A model generated the notes under the pieces. The model did not search any database, was not told where the DNA came from, and saw only the letters and a program-made list of their open reading frames with translations. Below, one piece after another: positions 13,621 through 25,883 of a stretch of 64,000 nucleotides of DNA. This DNA is from Chiloscyllium plagiosum (taxonomy: Eukaryota). The DNA is taken from the NCBI RefSeq assembly GCF_004010195.1, contig NC_057719.1, positions 58,606,079-58,670,078 on the forward strand. Reading direction: 5' to 3'. The translations under genes were made by a program, and so were the position numbers. Numbering within the stretch: position 1 is the stretch's first letter; each line of letters opens with the position of its first letter.

Positions 13621-15024
13621 CAGATTGAAAATAAATGGTGTTATGGAGGAGGAGAAAAATTGCTGGGGATGCAGTTCAATATTATCAGCTCTCAGGACTT
13701 GATGGATCATTCCTTTCGTTTGCTAAGTCCTTAAGTTCTCTGCTCTTTCCTTCCTCTTTCCCTACAGTCATTTCTTCATTGGAGGCAAAGAGTGACTACT
13801 TCATGAATTAATAGCCAGATTTTCATTCCATCCCATTTTTATGAAAGGAGAGAGCTCCACATTTGTGACAGAAGATTTTGATCAGGGTCCTTCAGAAATG
13901 CAGAGCTAGACTTCTTTTCTGACAGTTCTCTCATAGTGCATAATTGTCAAGGGAAAGCAAACCACGCCCTGTTTTCATAACCGTCAGCGACCATGTTCTG
14001 AAATTTGAAGATCCAGAATCACTAATAACCTCTTCAACAGCTACTGTCAAATGGTACGTATATGGTAAGTGTGATGATAATATGCCAGATAAGTAGGGGT
14101 TTTGATGCTAAATGTGTAAGGTTTCAAGTGGGTAGGATGCCAGGATGCAAGGTGGCCAGTTGCAGTGTTAAGTGTAAGTTAGGGTTGATGTGACAAAACA
14201 GGTATGGCTAGTGGTAGATGGAGGCACCTTGGGTCAATAACAGGGAATAGGGTTCTAGGGGAAAGAGATGCGAATCAGGAGCAAGAAAAGGAAGGGTGAA
14301 TTTGCGTCTAGAGCAATTGAAGGGAGGTTTGGTCAGGACCAAAGTGGGGGTGTTTAGATCTGGAGTGGGGAAGATAGAAGCAGATCCAGATATGCAGTTG
14401 GGGGAGGGCAGGGTGGTAGTTTGAGAGAAGGTATCAGGGCAGGGTCTGTGGGGGATGGGGGGGGGGGGGGAGGGGAGGGGGTGCTTATAAAGTAGTATAC
14501 ATAAGGTGTAGTTGAAAGTTTATAAGGTAAGTATGGGGCCAGTTGAATAGTTAGTCAGGAGTTAGACTATATATTTAATAAGCTAACTTATCCTGAGTAA
14601 CTAACCATTTGCTTAATTTCATTGGATCTTTCCAAATTCTCCATATTAAATGGACACTTGCAGAGGTTTCTAAGCATAAGAGTACTGCCCAGCAGAATCT
14701 TCAATTTCTAGGGCAATTCCTTTATCACTGAAATGGGGATTCTGCAAATCTCACTCTGGACTCAGACTCCCTATCTGTCCCTGGAGATGGCTTGTCTGTG
14801 TTTATATCTTCCCTCACTGCTTGCAGCAGAGCACTGTTAATAGAACATAAAATGAGTTTTATTAACTTGTTTTTTAAAATCGCAGTAACTCATTCCACAA
14901 TCCTCATTTTAAAACAGTCCTTATCACATTTCGGTTCTTACACAAAATACAGAAAATAAAATGATTCTATCTTTCCAGATAAGACATTTGTTTCTGTATA
15001 AAATGTAAAATAATTGAGGTGTAA

Positions 15025-15320
15025 GAAATTAAGAAATCGGAGCAGAGTGGGCTATGCAGCCCCATCTCCCTGTTCTATCAATCAAAAGAATCATGACTGA
15101 TAATCTACCTCAACTCCATCTTCTCATAATATCCCCATATCACTTAGTTCATTTGGCATCCAAAAATCCATCAAGCTCTGCCTTGAAGTATACTCAGCAC
15201 TTGAATTTGCCTTCAGAGGTAGAGAATTTCAAAAATTCACAATCATTTCAAGGAACAAGTTTTAAAATCTTATTCTTAAGTGGCTGACCTCAGTCTAAGA
15301 CCTTAACCTGAATTCTATCA
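15025..15320 (-). mobile_element. CR1 3' end fragment
   Basis: taagaaat...ggagcagagt...cagccc terminus typical of the other CR1 3' ends in the window (18975, 40470). Confidence 0.55.
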
Positions 15321-15502
15321 GGAGGGGCAATGCTACTCTGCTCCTACTTTCTTCCAGTGGACTGTGCTTTGCATTTCTTGCCAGCATCTCTGACTGCAGC
15401 TCCTTCAGAAATGTAAAATATAGCTGGAATACAACTGGTCCCTCATGGTGTAGTATAGTGAAATCAAACTAAGCCTCCTTTGCAGCATTAGATGCCATAA
15501 TC

Positions 15503-15898
15503 TGTTAAGTTTATAGTCCAAAGGTTGTGTGCCTACTTCTTCACAGAAACTGGTATCCTATCACCAAAACACCCTTTATTTTTATGTGGAGAGTCCTTGA
15601 CCCACCTCCCACAGAGCCAATCTCATAGTGAACAGGACGCCTGCTACTCATGTTCTTTTTTTCCTTTTTTTATATAGTGCTTATTTTTCCCCAGCACCCA
15701 TGTTGTGTGTGTGCAGGTGTGAGCCACAGTGAAAGGCAACAGGTGTACCATTCTTTATTCAATTTCCACCGCCAGGAAGAAAGACCACTCATGTTCTTAT
15801 TTCTCAGTCAGAGCTCTCTGATTGAACCAGATTAACAGTCCCTATCAGGGAACTCATTCTGTGAGGTCCACCCAGGTGACCTCATTACAATTACTACA
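15503..15898 (-). repeat. 3' LTR of Gypsy-like element
   Basis: On the minus strand a polypurine tract GGTGGAGAGA (15899-15908) directly precedes TGTAGTAA; the LTR sequence recurs at 31800-31956. The left boundary is tentative. Confidence 0.7.
15658..15786 (-). mobile_element. 5'-truncated poly(A)-tailed retroposon inserted in the LTR
   Basis: T-rich tail at 15655-15670; 12-bp direct repeat actcatgttctt at 15646-15657 and 15787-15798. Confidence 0.7.
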
Positions 15899-15909
15899 TC
15901 TCTCCACCT

Positions 15910-17510
15910 GAGTCTGAGGACATAGACAGGTTCTTTTTTACCTCGCTCCTCCTGGGGTGTTTTAGCACCTGGTCAGGTTCCTTCAACTCTGTCTCTGATG
16001 CTTGTAAAGCACAGTAGCTTGCTTCTTGTGCCTGGAGCATCTTAGATGAAATTCATTCTGTTCTTCAAGCAGCAAAGGCATCAAGGTAGTGACATCGGCC
16101 ATTCCCATCTCAGATTCCACAATATCTTTAATGCTCAATAGAGAGAGAGAATCCATGAGTTCTGGAACAGTCAGAAAGACTGTCGTGGAGCTTGGCATGT
16201 TTGGCTCCCACATTGTTTGCAAGTTTGCAGCTTTCATATGGTCTGTGTGCTTGTTCAGGACCGTCGCACCAACCCACACCTTATATGTCATTGGACCTGA
16301 CCTCACATTGACCATGTCTCTTCAAGGCCATTCCTGTGGTTTCTCTACCAAACTTCAACCCCTAAAATAAATTCTCTCTCACTGAGTCTGGCATAGGCAT
16401 TCCTGATACATTTCACCCTCTGCCACTCCAGGTCTGAGATGATCAGATTTAATCCGGAGAAGAGTCTTCTCCCTATTAACATCTCTGCTGCAGCTATCCC
16501 CATAGTTGCATGAGAGGTAGTCCTATAATCAAGTAGGAACCATGACAATTTGGCACCTAGTGCAGCTGTACACCATTTCTTTAAGCCTGCCTTCAAAGTT
16601 TGGACTGCACTTTCTGCCAGGCCATTGGATAATGGATGGTATGGAACTGTCCTTATATGTCAAATACCATTCGGCTTTATGAAATACTGAAACTCCATGC
16701 TAGTAAATGATGGCCTATTATGTGAGACCAATACTTTTGGAAGTCCATGTATTACAAAAGATGCATGCAGTTTTTCTATCATCATCCCTGTGTTTCAACA
16801 AAGAACTCTATGCACATCCAGCCACTTTGAGTGGGAGTCCACAACATTTAAGAACATTGAGCGCATGAAAGAACCTGATGTGTAACAGAATCCAGGGTTT
16901 ACCCAGCCATTCCCACAAATGTGGTGGAGCTGCTCAAGATAATTTTTGGGCTTGTCTAAAATCTGGGCACTTTCCCATCAATGCAGCTTTGTCAGCATTC
17001 AGTTCTGGCTACCAGACATAACTTCTCACCAACATCTTCATTTTAGAAACCCCTGGATAGCCCTGGTGGCGTTCAGCCAGTAACCTTTGTGTTCGGGACA
17101 ACCACCCTTGTTCCACATAATAACATGGTATTCTCTACTGTGATCTCCAGGTCCAAAAAAGCTTCATTTCTGGTTGTGACAGCTGTTTAGTTTCCCCTAT
17201 CACTGTCAACTATTTCAGTTTTTCCAAGACCGGATCTTCCGGAGTTTGATATTGTCAGCTGTGACTGGTAGTGTGTCTAGAAAATTTAAAACCAAAATAT
17301 CCAGTTCCAATGGTGGTCCCACTGGTCATTTATGTGCCAGTGGGAGATGGCTCAAGGCACTGGCATTTGCTATTTGGCTTCCCAAACGGTGTTGCAACTT
17401 GAATTATACATACTTGGTGTTAGAGCCCACCGCTGAATTCAGCCTGAAGTTTTTGGCAGAACTGCCTTGTCCTCTTTAAGTAGGCTTAGCAGAGGTTTGT
17501 GATCTGTTAT
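15910..17510 (-). mobile_element. Gypsy/Ty3 LTR retrotransposon pol relic (integrase)
   Basis: Minus strand: HQGYPGVSKMKMLVRSYVW (Zn-binding region), HIRTVPYHPLSNGLAESAVQTLKAGLKK, FLLDYRTTSHATMGIAAAEML, RSGPMTYKV. Confidence 0.85.
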
Positions 17511-17512
17511 TA

Positions 17513-17642
17513 GGGGCAGCACAGTGGCTCAGTGGCTAGCACTGCTACCTCACAGTGCCAGGGACCCAGGATTGATTCTAGCCTTAGGCGACTGTCTGTT
17601 TGGAGTTTGCACATTCTCCCCCTGTCTGCGTGGGTTTCCTCC
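17513..17642 (+). mobile_element. HE1-type SINE, 5' part
   Basis: ggggcagcacagtggctcagtggctagcactgctacctcacag head through tgcgtgggtttcctcc. Confidence 0.8.
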
Positions 17643-17659
17643 AAAGCAATTGATAAGCA

Positions 17660-18040
17660 TTCTAGGCCATTTCAAAGGGCAGTTAAGAGACAACTACATC
17701 CTGGCAGTGTGGAGTAGGCCAGACCAGGTAAAGATGGCAGATTCCTGATGAAGAGCTTATGCACGAAACGTTGATTCTCCTGCGCTTCAGATGCTGCCTG
17801 ACTTGCTGTGCTTTATCAACATCATGCTCTCAACTCAGACTCCCTTCCCTGAAGGAGATTAATGGAACAGATGGGTTTTCCTGACATTTGACAGTGTTTT
17901 CATAGTCCTCATTAGATTCTTAATTTCAGATGTTTATTGAGTTCAAATACCACCATCAAACATGACAGATTTTGAACTAGTTCCTCAGAACATTTCCTGA
18001 GTTTATGGATTAATAGATAATACCACTAGGTCATCACTTT
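17660..18040 (-). mobile_element. tRNA-headed SINE / LINE-B 5' region, interrupted by a family-A PLE fragment
   Basis: Homologous to 22240-22520 (-) and 58292-58510 (+). Confidence 0.65.
17740..17836 (+). mobile_element. PLE family A fragment, hammerhead-like
   Basis: ATTC-CTGATGA-AGAGCTTATGCAC-GAAAC-GTT-GATT followed by the gatgctgcctgacttgctgtg tail. Confidence 0.75.
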
Positions 18041-18755
18041 ACCATTACCTTCTGGATCCTTCAGTCACCAGGTTTCCCAAGGCCTGGAAAAATTGACTGT
18101 CTGGGATTAAACATAAATTGGTTCGTTAATATGAAGCACAGGCCTTTATAACATTTAAATTGGCATCCTGTTTCTTTCAAATGTTTTGTTAAAACAGCTA
18201 CAGCACCGACATTAAAAGCGATGTTCCTGAGTCATGCTTGACATATAGTTCTAAAATGCACGTGATTGCCTGAAAGTAAAGGAATGCTCTTTTAAATAAT
18301 TTTTGTTTTGCACAAACATTATTTTGTTTGTTCCAGTGCACAACAGTGGGCTACATTGACTTTGAATTTTTCTATCCTGTCGATTGTCCCATGACTTGAG
18401 TGGTAATAATCTATAAACATAAAGCTTAAACTTCCAAATGTGTTCATAGTTTGTTTTAGCAAGTCAGGTTTAAGCTCTGCTTCCTTTACGACCAGCTAAT
18501 TTAAATTAAAACAAATGGGATAATTGGGATATTTCCATACACTTCCAGCATTCAAGCGTGCCTTTTATCTTTTAATGAGAATTAAATTACCAAAGCAATT
18601 GGCCTGGATCTTCTAGTCCTGAAGCAGCAAACGCTAACAGACTTATTCCTTTTGAGGGCTACAAGTTTTGGGAAGTCCACTTTTAATGAAACGAGAAACT
18701 TTTGGTCTGGTTTGGGAACCAGCACTACTGGTCCCATTGGAATCTGTCGGCTTGT

Positions 18756-18872
18756 AGATATTTTTAATCAACCTGATTCAGACACATTTCCACATCTCTC
18801 ATATAGATGGGACTTGAATCCAGGCCTTCTGACCCAGAGATAGGAATACTACCACTATACCACAAATGCCTT
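18756..18872 (-). mobile_element. Short tRNA-headed SINE-like repeat
   Basis: Minus strand tggtatagtggtagt (A-box-like) and ggattcaagtccc (B-box-like). Confidence 0.55.
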
Positions 18873-18969
18873 CTTGTCACCATGTAAACCTTTGCTAAGT
18901 TGATTGACTGGTACTTATCCAATTATTAATATTGATTTCTCTGGGACTGCTCGAGGACCACTACCTATT

Positions 18970-21290
18970 ATGACATAGGAGCAGACGTTGGCCACTTGGG
19001 CCATTGAGTCTGTTGTACCATTCAGTGAGATCATGATTGATATGATGATCATCCACAATTCCACTTTCCTGCCTTTTCCCTATAAGCTTTGATTCTTTAC
19101 TGATTAAATATTTGTCCATCTCAGCATTAAATATACTTCATATCTCAGCCTTAAATGTTCTTCATAATCTGCCTTTTGGTGACCCTTTGCAATAAAGGAT
19201 TCCACAGATGACTACCCTCTAAGAGATCCTCCCTCCTGTCTGTCTTAAAAGGACAGTCCCTTACCAAGATTATGCCCTCTGATTCTAGACTCTCCCACAA
19301 AGGAAAACAATTTCTCTCTATCTACCCTACCAAGTCCCCTATGAATCTAATATGTTTTAGAATGGTCTCCTCTCATTCTTCTAAAGTCCAATAAGTACAC
19401 ACTCAAGCTGCTCAATCTTTACTTATAAGAAAATATTCCATAGAATCATACAGACCCCTTCGGTCCAACTCATCAATGATGGCCAAGTTCCCAAATTAAA
19501 TTAGTCCCACTTGCCTGCGTGTGGCCAGTTCCCTCAAAACCTTTCCTATTCATGTACCTATCCAAATGTCTTTTAAATGTTGTAACTACACATGCATCTA
19601 CAACTTCCTTTGGCACACACTAACCACCCTCTGTGTAAAAACATTGCTGCTGAGGTTCCTTTTAAATCTTTCTCCTCTCACCTTAAAAATATGGCCCCTA
19701 GTTTTGAACTTCCCCATCCTAGGAAAAAGACCTTTGCTATTCACTTCATTTATGTCCCTCATGTTTTTATAAACCTCTATAAGGTCAACGCTCAACCTCC
19801 CACACTCTAGTGAAAAATATCCCAACCTATCCAGTTTCTCTTTATGACTCAAACTCTCCAGTCCCGACAAATTTAATAATATTCTTCCTATGCAGGGTGA
19901 CCAGAATTATATAAAGTACTTCAAAGGTAGCTTCACCAACATCATGTACAATTTCAACATGCATCCCAAATCCTATACTCAATAGCCTGAACAATGAAGG
20001 CAAGTGCACTAAATGCCTTTGTAAGCACCCTGTCTACCTGTGATGCAACTTTCAACAAACTATCTGAACCCCTAGGTTTCTCTGTTCAACAATACTACCC
20101 AGCACCTTATCATTGACTTTATAAGTCCCGCCCTTGTTTGTTTTATCAAAATGCAATACCTAACATCCAAGTTAAACTCCATCTGCCATACATTTTGGCC
20201 CAATTGATCAAGATCACTTTGTAATCTTAGTAACCTTCTTCACGGTCCACAATACCACCAATTCTGGTGTCATCTGCAAGCTTAGTAACCATACCTCCTA
20301 AATTTCTCATCCAAATCATTTATATGAATGACAAATAAAAGTGGACCTAGCACCAATCCCTGTGGGTCATAGGCCATAGGCCTCTAGTCTGAAAAGCAAC
20401 CCTCCACCACTCTTTCTGTCTCCTATCTTTAAGCCTATTTTGTATCCAGTTGACAAGTTCTCCCTGAATCCTATGTGATCTAAACTTTATTAATTAGTCT
20501 AACATGCAGACACTTGTCAAAGGCTTTCCCAAAGTCCAAGTAGACAATATCTACCAGGCAAAAGTAAGGATTGCAGATGCTGGAAACCAGAGTTTAGATT
20601 AGAGTGGCGCAGGAAAAGCACAGCAGGTCAAGCAGCATCTGAGGAGCAGGAAAATCGATGTTTCGGGTAAAAGCCCTTCATCAGGAATGAGGCTCATTCC
20701 TGATGAAGGGCTTTTGCCTGAAATGTCGATTTTCCTGCTCCTCGGATGCTGCTTGACCTGCTGTGCTTTTCCAGCACAACTCTAATTTAGACAATATCTA
20801 CCACCCTGCCTTCATCAATCTTTTTGATTACATCCTCAAACAACTCAAACAAATTTGTGAGACAGAATTTCCCATACACAAAGCCATATTGATTATCCCT
20901 AATCAGTCCTTGTCTCTCCAAACACATGGAAATCCTATTTCTCAGGATCCCCTTCAACAACTTCTCCACCATTGATGTCAGTTTCACCAGTCTATAGTTC
21001 TCAGGCTTCTCTTTACAGTAAACAATGGTACAACATTAGCCACCCTCTAGTCCTCCAGCACCTCACTCGTGGTTATAGTTAATACAAATATTTCTACTAG
21101 TGGCCCAGCAGTTTCTTCCCTAACTTCCCACAATGTTCTGGGATCCATTTGACCAGGTCCTGGAGATTTATTCACTTTTTTTGTTTTTTAAGACCTCTAG
21201 CACCTCCTGTTCCTTAATATTGGCTGTTTTCAAGACGTCAATATTTATTTCCCCCAAGTTCCCTAGTCTCCATTTCTTTCTCCATTTTAA
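18970..21290 (-). mobile_element. CR1 LINEs (two nested 3' ends plus RT), decayed
   Basis: GLESLSHKEKLDRLGYFSLECGRL, LADDTR and QYGFVYGKFCLTNLFELFEDV..IDEGRVVDIV on the minus strand. Confidence 0.85.
20557..20787. mobile_element. PLE-derived fold-back mini-element, family A, two divergent hammerhead-like motifs
   Basis: About 100-bp inverted arms centred on 20692; CTGATGAAGGGCTTTTGCCTGAAATGTC at 20700; 16-bp direct repeat tagacaatatctacca at 20541-20556 and 20788-20803. Confidence 0.88.
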
Positions 21291-21814
21291 AAAGGGGTGA
21301 CAAAAATCAAATCATTTTATATAATTCCCAGCCAGTCCTCAATACCAGTTTTACACCCAGGCAATATATTGTGTTTACTGACTGTCTATGCCTTCTCTTT
21401 TGATGCAAGTTAGCAAGGCTAATTCCTAGCTATATGATATAAACATGACTAGTGGTGTATCTGGACAATCATGAAAGGCCCTCCTTCACCCATAACTCGC
21501 TCTGGTGCTAAATTCCATTTGTTGCAAGGAAGCTTTTTTTTAAAAATCATGAGACAAAATAAGTCAGTTAGTGAAGTAAAAGAATAGCAATCAAGGGCCT
21601 TAATAAAAAAAGGAAGAAGATTTGAAAATCTTCTAATTCGAGGATCCTAATTTCCCAACAGAGGTATTAAAACATGCTAAGCCCTGAAAAGAGCTGTACA
21701 GTCATGATGAAAAGAAAAACAATCTTCCTGTGAAAATAACAGGTATTGTGTTAAAATCATTTCAAGATGTTTTGCAGTTGATTGATTACAACATGCACAA
21801 AGGACAGCTTTTTT

Positions 21815-22520
21815 CTTCATTCATGTGTGTGCGTTTGCTTACTAGGCCTGCATTTATTGCACATCCTTAGTTGCCCTTGAAAGTGTATGAGCCTGCCTTC
21901 ATGCACTACTGCATGAGACTTCATGGGGTCTGGAGTCAATATTAAGGACTTTATGGGCAACACAACTGTGCCATTAACTCTTAGATCATAATCGGAGATG
22001 ATGATGGCTTTATCTGAGACGTTGCCTGTAAGTTGTGGTTCCATGAGTTTGCGTGTGTCAGTCTGTGAGACAGCTCTCCCAATTTTGACATGAGATCCTG
22101 GAGGTTAATAAGGAGGACTTTTCTAGATCAATAAGGCCAGGTTTGTCATTGTTATTTCTAATGTTTAGTTTGATCACGGGTTAATGTCTAATTTTGTTTT
22201 TGAGACTTTTCAATACTTGTTTTTTGATCCAACTTATTTTGCTAGACCATTTGAAAGGACAGTTCAGAGTCAACCACATTGATGTGGGTCGGGTTATATG
22301 CAAATCAGGACAGCAGAATTCCTTCCCTCAAGGACATGAGTGAACCAGGTAGATTTTTATCAGAATTAGCAATGGTTTTATGGTCATCATTAGACTCTAA
22401 TTCCAGCTTTTAAAAAAAATTAAATGTGAATTCCTTTATCTGAAGTGATTTTTGTTCCCACAGCAAGTACCTATGTATTTGGATTACTAGTCTAGTGGCA
22501 ATACTACCGTGCCATCATCT
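21815..22520 (-). mobile_element. Internally deleted LINE-B derivative: tRNA-like head, APE N-terminus, 3' tail
   Basis: Head at 22520-22240 shared with SINE copies; RKVLLINLQDLMSKLGELSHRL and EPQLTGNVSDKAIIISDY resemble an APE start; family-B tail at 21815-21910. Confidence 0.6.
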
Positions 22521-23807
22521 CACCCAGTCCAGGAAACAAACAGAGGTTGGGAGTCTGGAAATGTATGCAACCTGAAAACAACAGATGGTAGCAGGGAGAG
22601 ACCTCACAGCCTACTGAATTTTCTCAAGCATTCAATACAACCATCAATGATCTTTGATTTCAACTTCACTTTTATTGTCTGCTGCACTTGTCCTAAGAGA
22701 AAATGTGACACCAAATGTGTTGTCTATCCCAAATTTAAATATGATCAACAATAGACCTTCTGTTTTAGAGAATTCCAAAGGTTCACCACAGAAATATCTG
22801 TTTGTGGCAATCCTAAAAGATTGTTCTGTTATACTGACGCTGTACTTCATGTTCTAACTTCCCTAAATAGCAATGCTACCTTTGTGTCCAACTGTCAAGC
22901 CCCTTCAGAACCTTATTTGGAATTATATAGATCCATTTAACTTAGTGTGCCATTATACAACAACCCTCTTTCTCAGGGACAAATCTAATGAACTGTCATG
23001 ACACGGCATTACTTAAACTTGGAGACCAACGTGTACAGACTACTCCAGATGTTGGTTCACCAAATCTGCACAGTGGGTGGCAAGATTTCTTTCTTGTTCT
23101 ACCTCCATGCTAACTTTATCTGTTCCATGTACTGCTCTGTATATCAACATCTTTCAAAATGTCAATATTTACAAGTTTCATATCTTTAAAAATATTCAGA
23201 TTTTCTATTCTAAAGAAAACACTAAACTCTGAGGAAGATAGAGAATATGCAAAATACTTGCATTGATATCACATATTTCACACCCCACAGGGCATCTGAC
23301 TTTTACAGCCACTTTTTGAAGTGTGCTTAACAAAGTCTCTTGAACAAAAATGTGACACCACACGGAACTTGACTAACCTCAAACTTTGTGATTCACAGGC
23401 AAGTATAGTATCAGTTGAGCCATTGCTAATGTAACAGGCAGAACTTTCACCACCTTGAGCAGCGTGGGCAAGGACAAGAAAGTTGGGAAAATATATTAAG
23501 AATGATTTCCAACATTGAGAGGAAAATTGTTGATTTTCTTTCTCTTGGGGGTTTAAACTATAAGTTTGGAGTTCTATCAATGAAAGGCAACTACCTTATT
23601 TCCATGGATTTTTAAAATCTCTTTATTAACTAATCTCACATCATTTTTTTGCACACCCAATTTTCTTATCCTTCCCAGAAAGCTAGAGAGCCAATTCTTG
23701 ACATCAAAGTCAGAGCAGTTATGTGGTGGTAGTAACTCAGTGCTTGCTTCTCTAAGCCTTCATCCAATTCCAGCTTCACCACCATTTCTCTTCAAATTTA
23801 GTTGACA

Positions 23808-23895
23808 CTAGAAGAAGGGTCACTAGACCCAAAACGTTAACTCTATTTTCTCTTCACAAATGCTGCCAGACCCGCTGAGTTTCTCCAGCAGTTTC
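23808..23895 (+). mobile_element. PLE family C fragment, hammerhead-like
   Basis: GAAGA-A-GGGTC-ACTA-GACCC-AAAAC-GTT-AACTC followed by atgctgccagacccgctgagtttctccagca. Confidence 0.7.
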
Positions 23896-24779
23896 ATGGA
23901 TACTGTTCTCTTCCATCCTTTGTCAAGGCAAATTGGTATCACCAAACCACCAGCATCACCACACAATTATTGCTGTTTCTGGACCAACTCACATACCACT
24001 TCAGTTTTATATTGCGCCACATAATAATCTTCAACAAGAGAAAGTCTAAACATGAAATTCAATGGCATTAGCATCACTGAATTATGGTTTGCCAATGTGT
24101 ACAATTAAATGCAATATTACCTGATCTCTAACTTCCATGTTTAATTCTGGAACATGAGGCTAGTTGCATGCAACTCTCACAGAAGGTTTGGGTTGCCTAT
24201 TAGCATGTAGAAACACACATTATTTCAGCTGACTGGACTTTAATGTTTCATCCATGGAATTTCCTGATCTCCTGAAAAGCCCTGTGCACTCTGGAACAGA
24301 CCCTCACTGATAGCAAAAAGAGATCTCAAGTTGATCAACACCTAGTTGAGAAGACCATTTAAAGCACTACAATGAATATTCAGTACTTAGCTGCATTCAT
24401 ACCTACAAATGAGGAAGATTTGTTTGCAGTGCCTTTACTGAAAGTTAATTTTCTATAGTTGTAATTTTATGAAACAAATCAAGATGGGTGCTTTTTGATT
24501 GTTTTAGACTGGATCTCAACTAAGGAACAATATGGCCAGCAGCAGTGGTTAGATAGCTGGAAATTAGAGAGGGGATCACAATCAGCTATTGAAGGTCCTG
24601 CAACTGAATAGCAGGGAAGATGCAGCAAAAAGCTCACAGAAGGTTCTTCCTGGGACTCAGTGTGAAGGATAGCGGCTGAGTTTCTTTGAAATGTCGGAAC
24701 ACCCATGCTTCGGCAATAACATCTTCCAATGCTAACTTAAGTTCATTGGCCCCTTGCATTCAGAAAAGAAATTCCAACT

Positions 24780-25100
24780 ATGCGCAAGATTCTTGGGGAA
24801 ATGGTGTGATGCTTACATCCTGTGGGGTGTACCAAGTTCTCTGGTCTTTTTAGATCTGCAGACAGACTTCAAGGGTGGCTTCCAGGAATAAGGGATGCTC
24901 AGCTTATGACATCCATCAGAAATCTGACCAATGAAGCACAAAACCAGTACATAATCTGCTTATGGCCATCAAAAATGTGATTCAAAAAGCTATTCAAATG
25001 GTAAAGGTATGCTTAAGTTGCCTCAATGTTTTTGGAGGTATCTTTCAGTACTCAATAACCAGCATTTGCTACAATTTTTCATGATATGCTACACAACATT
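24780..25100 (+). mobile_element. PIF/Harbinger DDE transposase relic
   Basis: ARFLGKWCDAYIL, QGWL, LMTSIRNLTNEAQNQY, NVIQKAIQMVK, GGIFQYS and LHN follow the order of HARBI1-type motifs across frameshifts. Confidence 0.65.
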
Positions 25101-25605
25101 TTGCAGCAGTGAACTTTGGAACACTACAGGGAAAACAAGGCACAGATTGTTTGCAGATATTTTGAGTAGGTACATTCTCTCATTGTCCGAGGTGTTGTTA
25201 CTTATGCTGGTTTCTCTTTGGTAGTACCATGGTCAAAATGTTATGAAACAGACACTCTTCCAACTGATTCCCTTGCATTCCCCAACCTCACAATTTTAAT
25301 GCATTGACACAAAACAATCCTGCAAAAGAAAATCCACCCATTGTACATTTCCCCATTGATCCTCATGTATTATGTATTTCTGTTTAGCGAGCATGTTAAA
25401 AAGCAATCAAGACCAGCAAGCCAGGAAAGCAGTGCAAAGTAATATTGTTTAGGTGATTTTGCTAAAATTCTGAAATGGTTGTGACTTTTAGAGGTAATAG
25501 AAACATTGAAAATAAACTCCATTAAGCCCACTTTGCCATTGAACATGATCATAGCTGATCCTCTATCTCAAGAGTGTACTCCTGCTTTCTTTCTATATTC
25601 TTTGA

Positions 25606-25745
25606 TTTGGAGATGCCGGTGTTGGACTGGGGTGTACAAAGTTAAAAATCACACAACACCAGGTTATAATCCAACAGGTTTAATTGGAAGCACACTAGCT
25701 TTCGGAGCGACGCTCCTTCATCACCTGTTGTGTGATTTTTAACTT
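25606..25745 (-). mobile_element. PLE-derived fold-back mini-element, family B
   Basis: Minus-strand TGATGAAGGAGCGTCGCTCCGAAAGCTAGTG; short inverted arm tgttgtgtgatttttaacttt; 12-bp direct repeat tatattctttga at 25594-25605 and 25746-25757. Confidence 0.85.
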
Positions 25746-25883
25746 TATATTCTTTGACACCTTCAGACTTTCAAAATGTATTTTTATTCTTAAAAGTATC
25801 TGAGAATTCACTTCCACAATATGGGATCATGTTCAATAATGACCAACATTGGTGAGTGGCGAAGATAGCCTCTTTGTTGAGCA

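Noticed and set aside
13900..14070. Possible additional exon ending at gtaagt (14065)
   Set aside because: No convincing open frame and no resemblance to the MIPOL1-like protein.
14400..14482. G-rich tract with G-quadruplex potential
   Set aside because: Low-complexity sequence with no supporting context.
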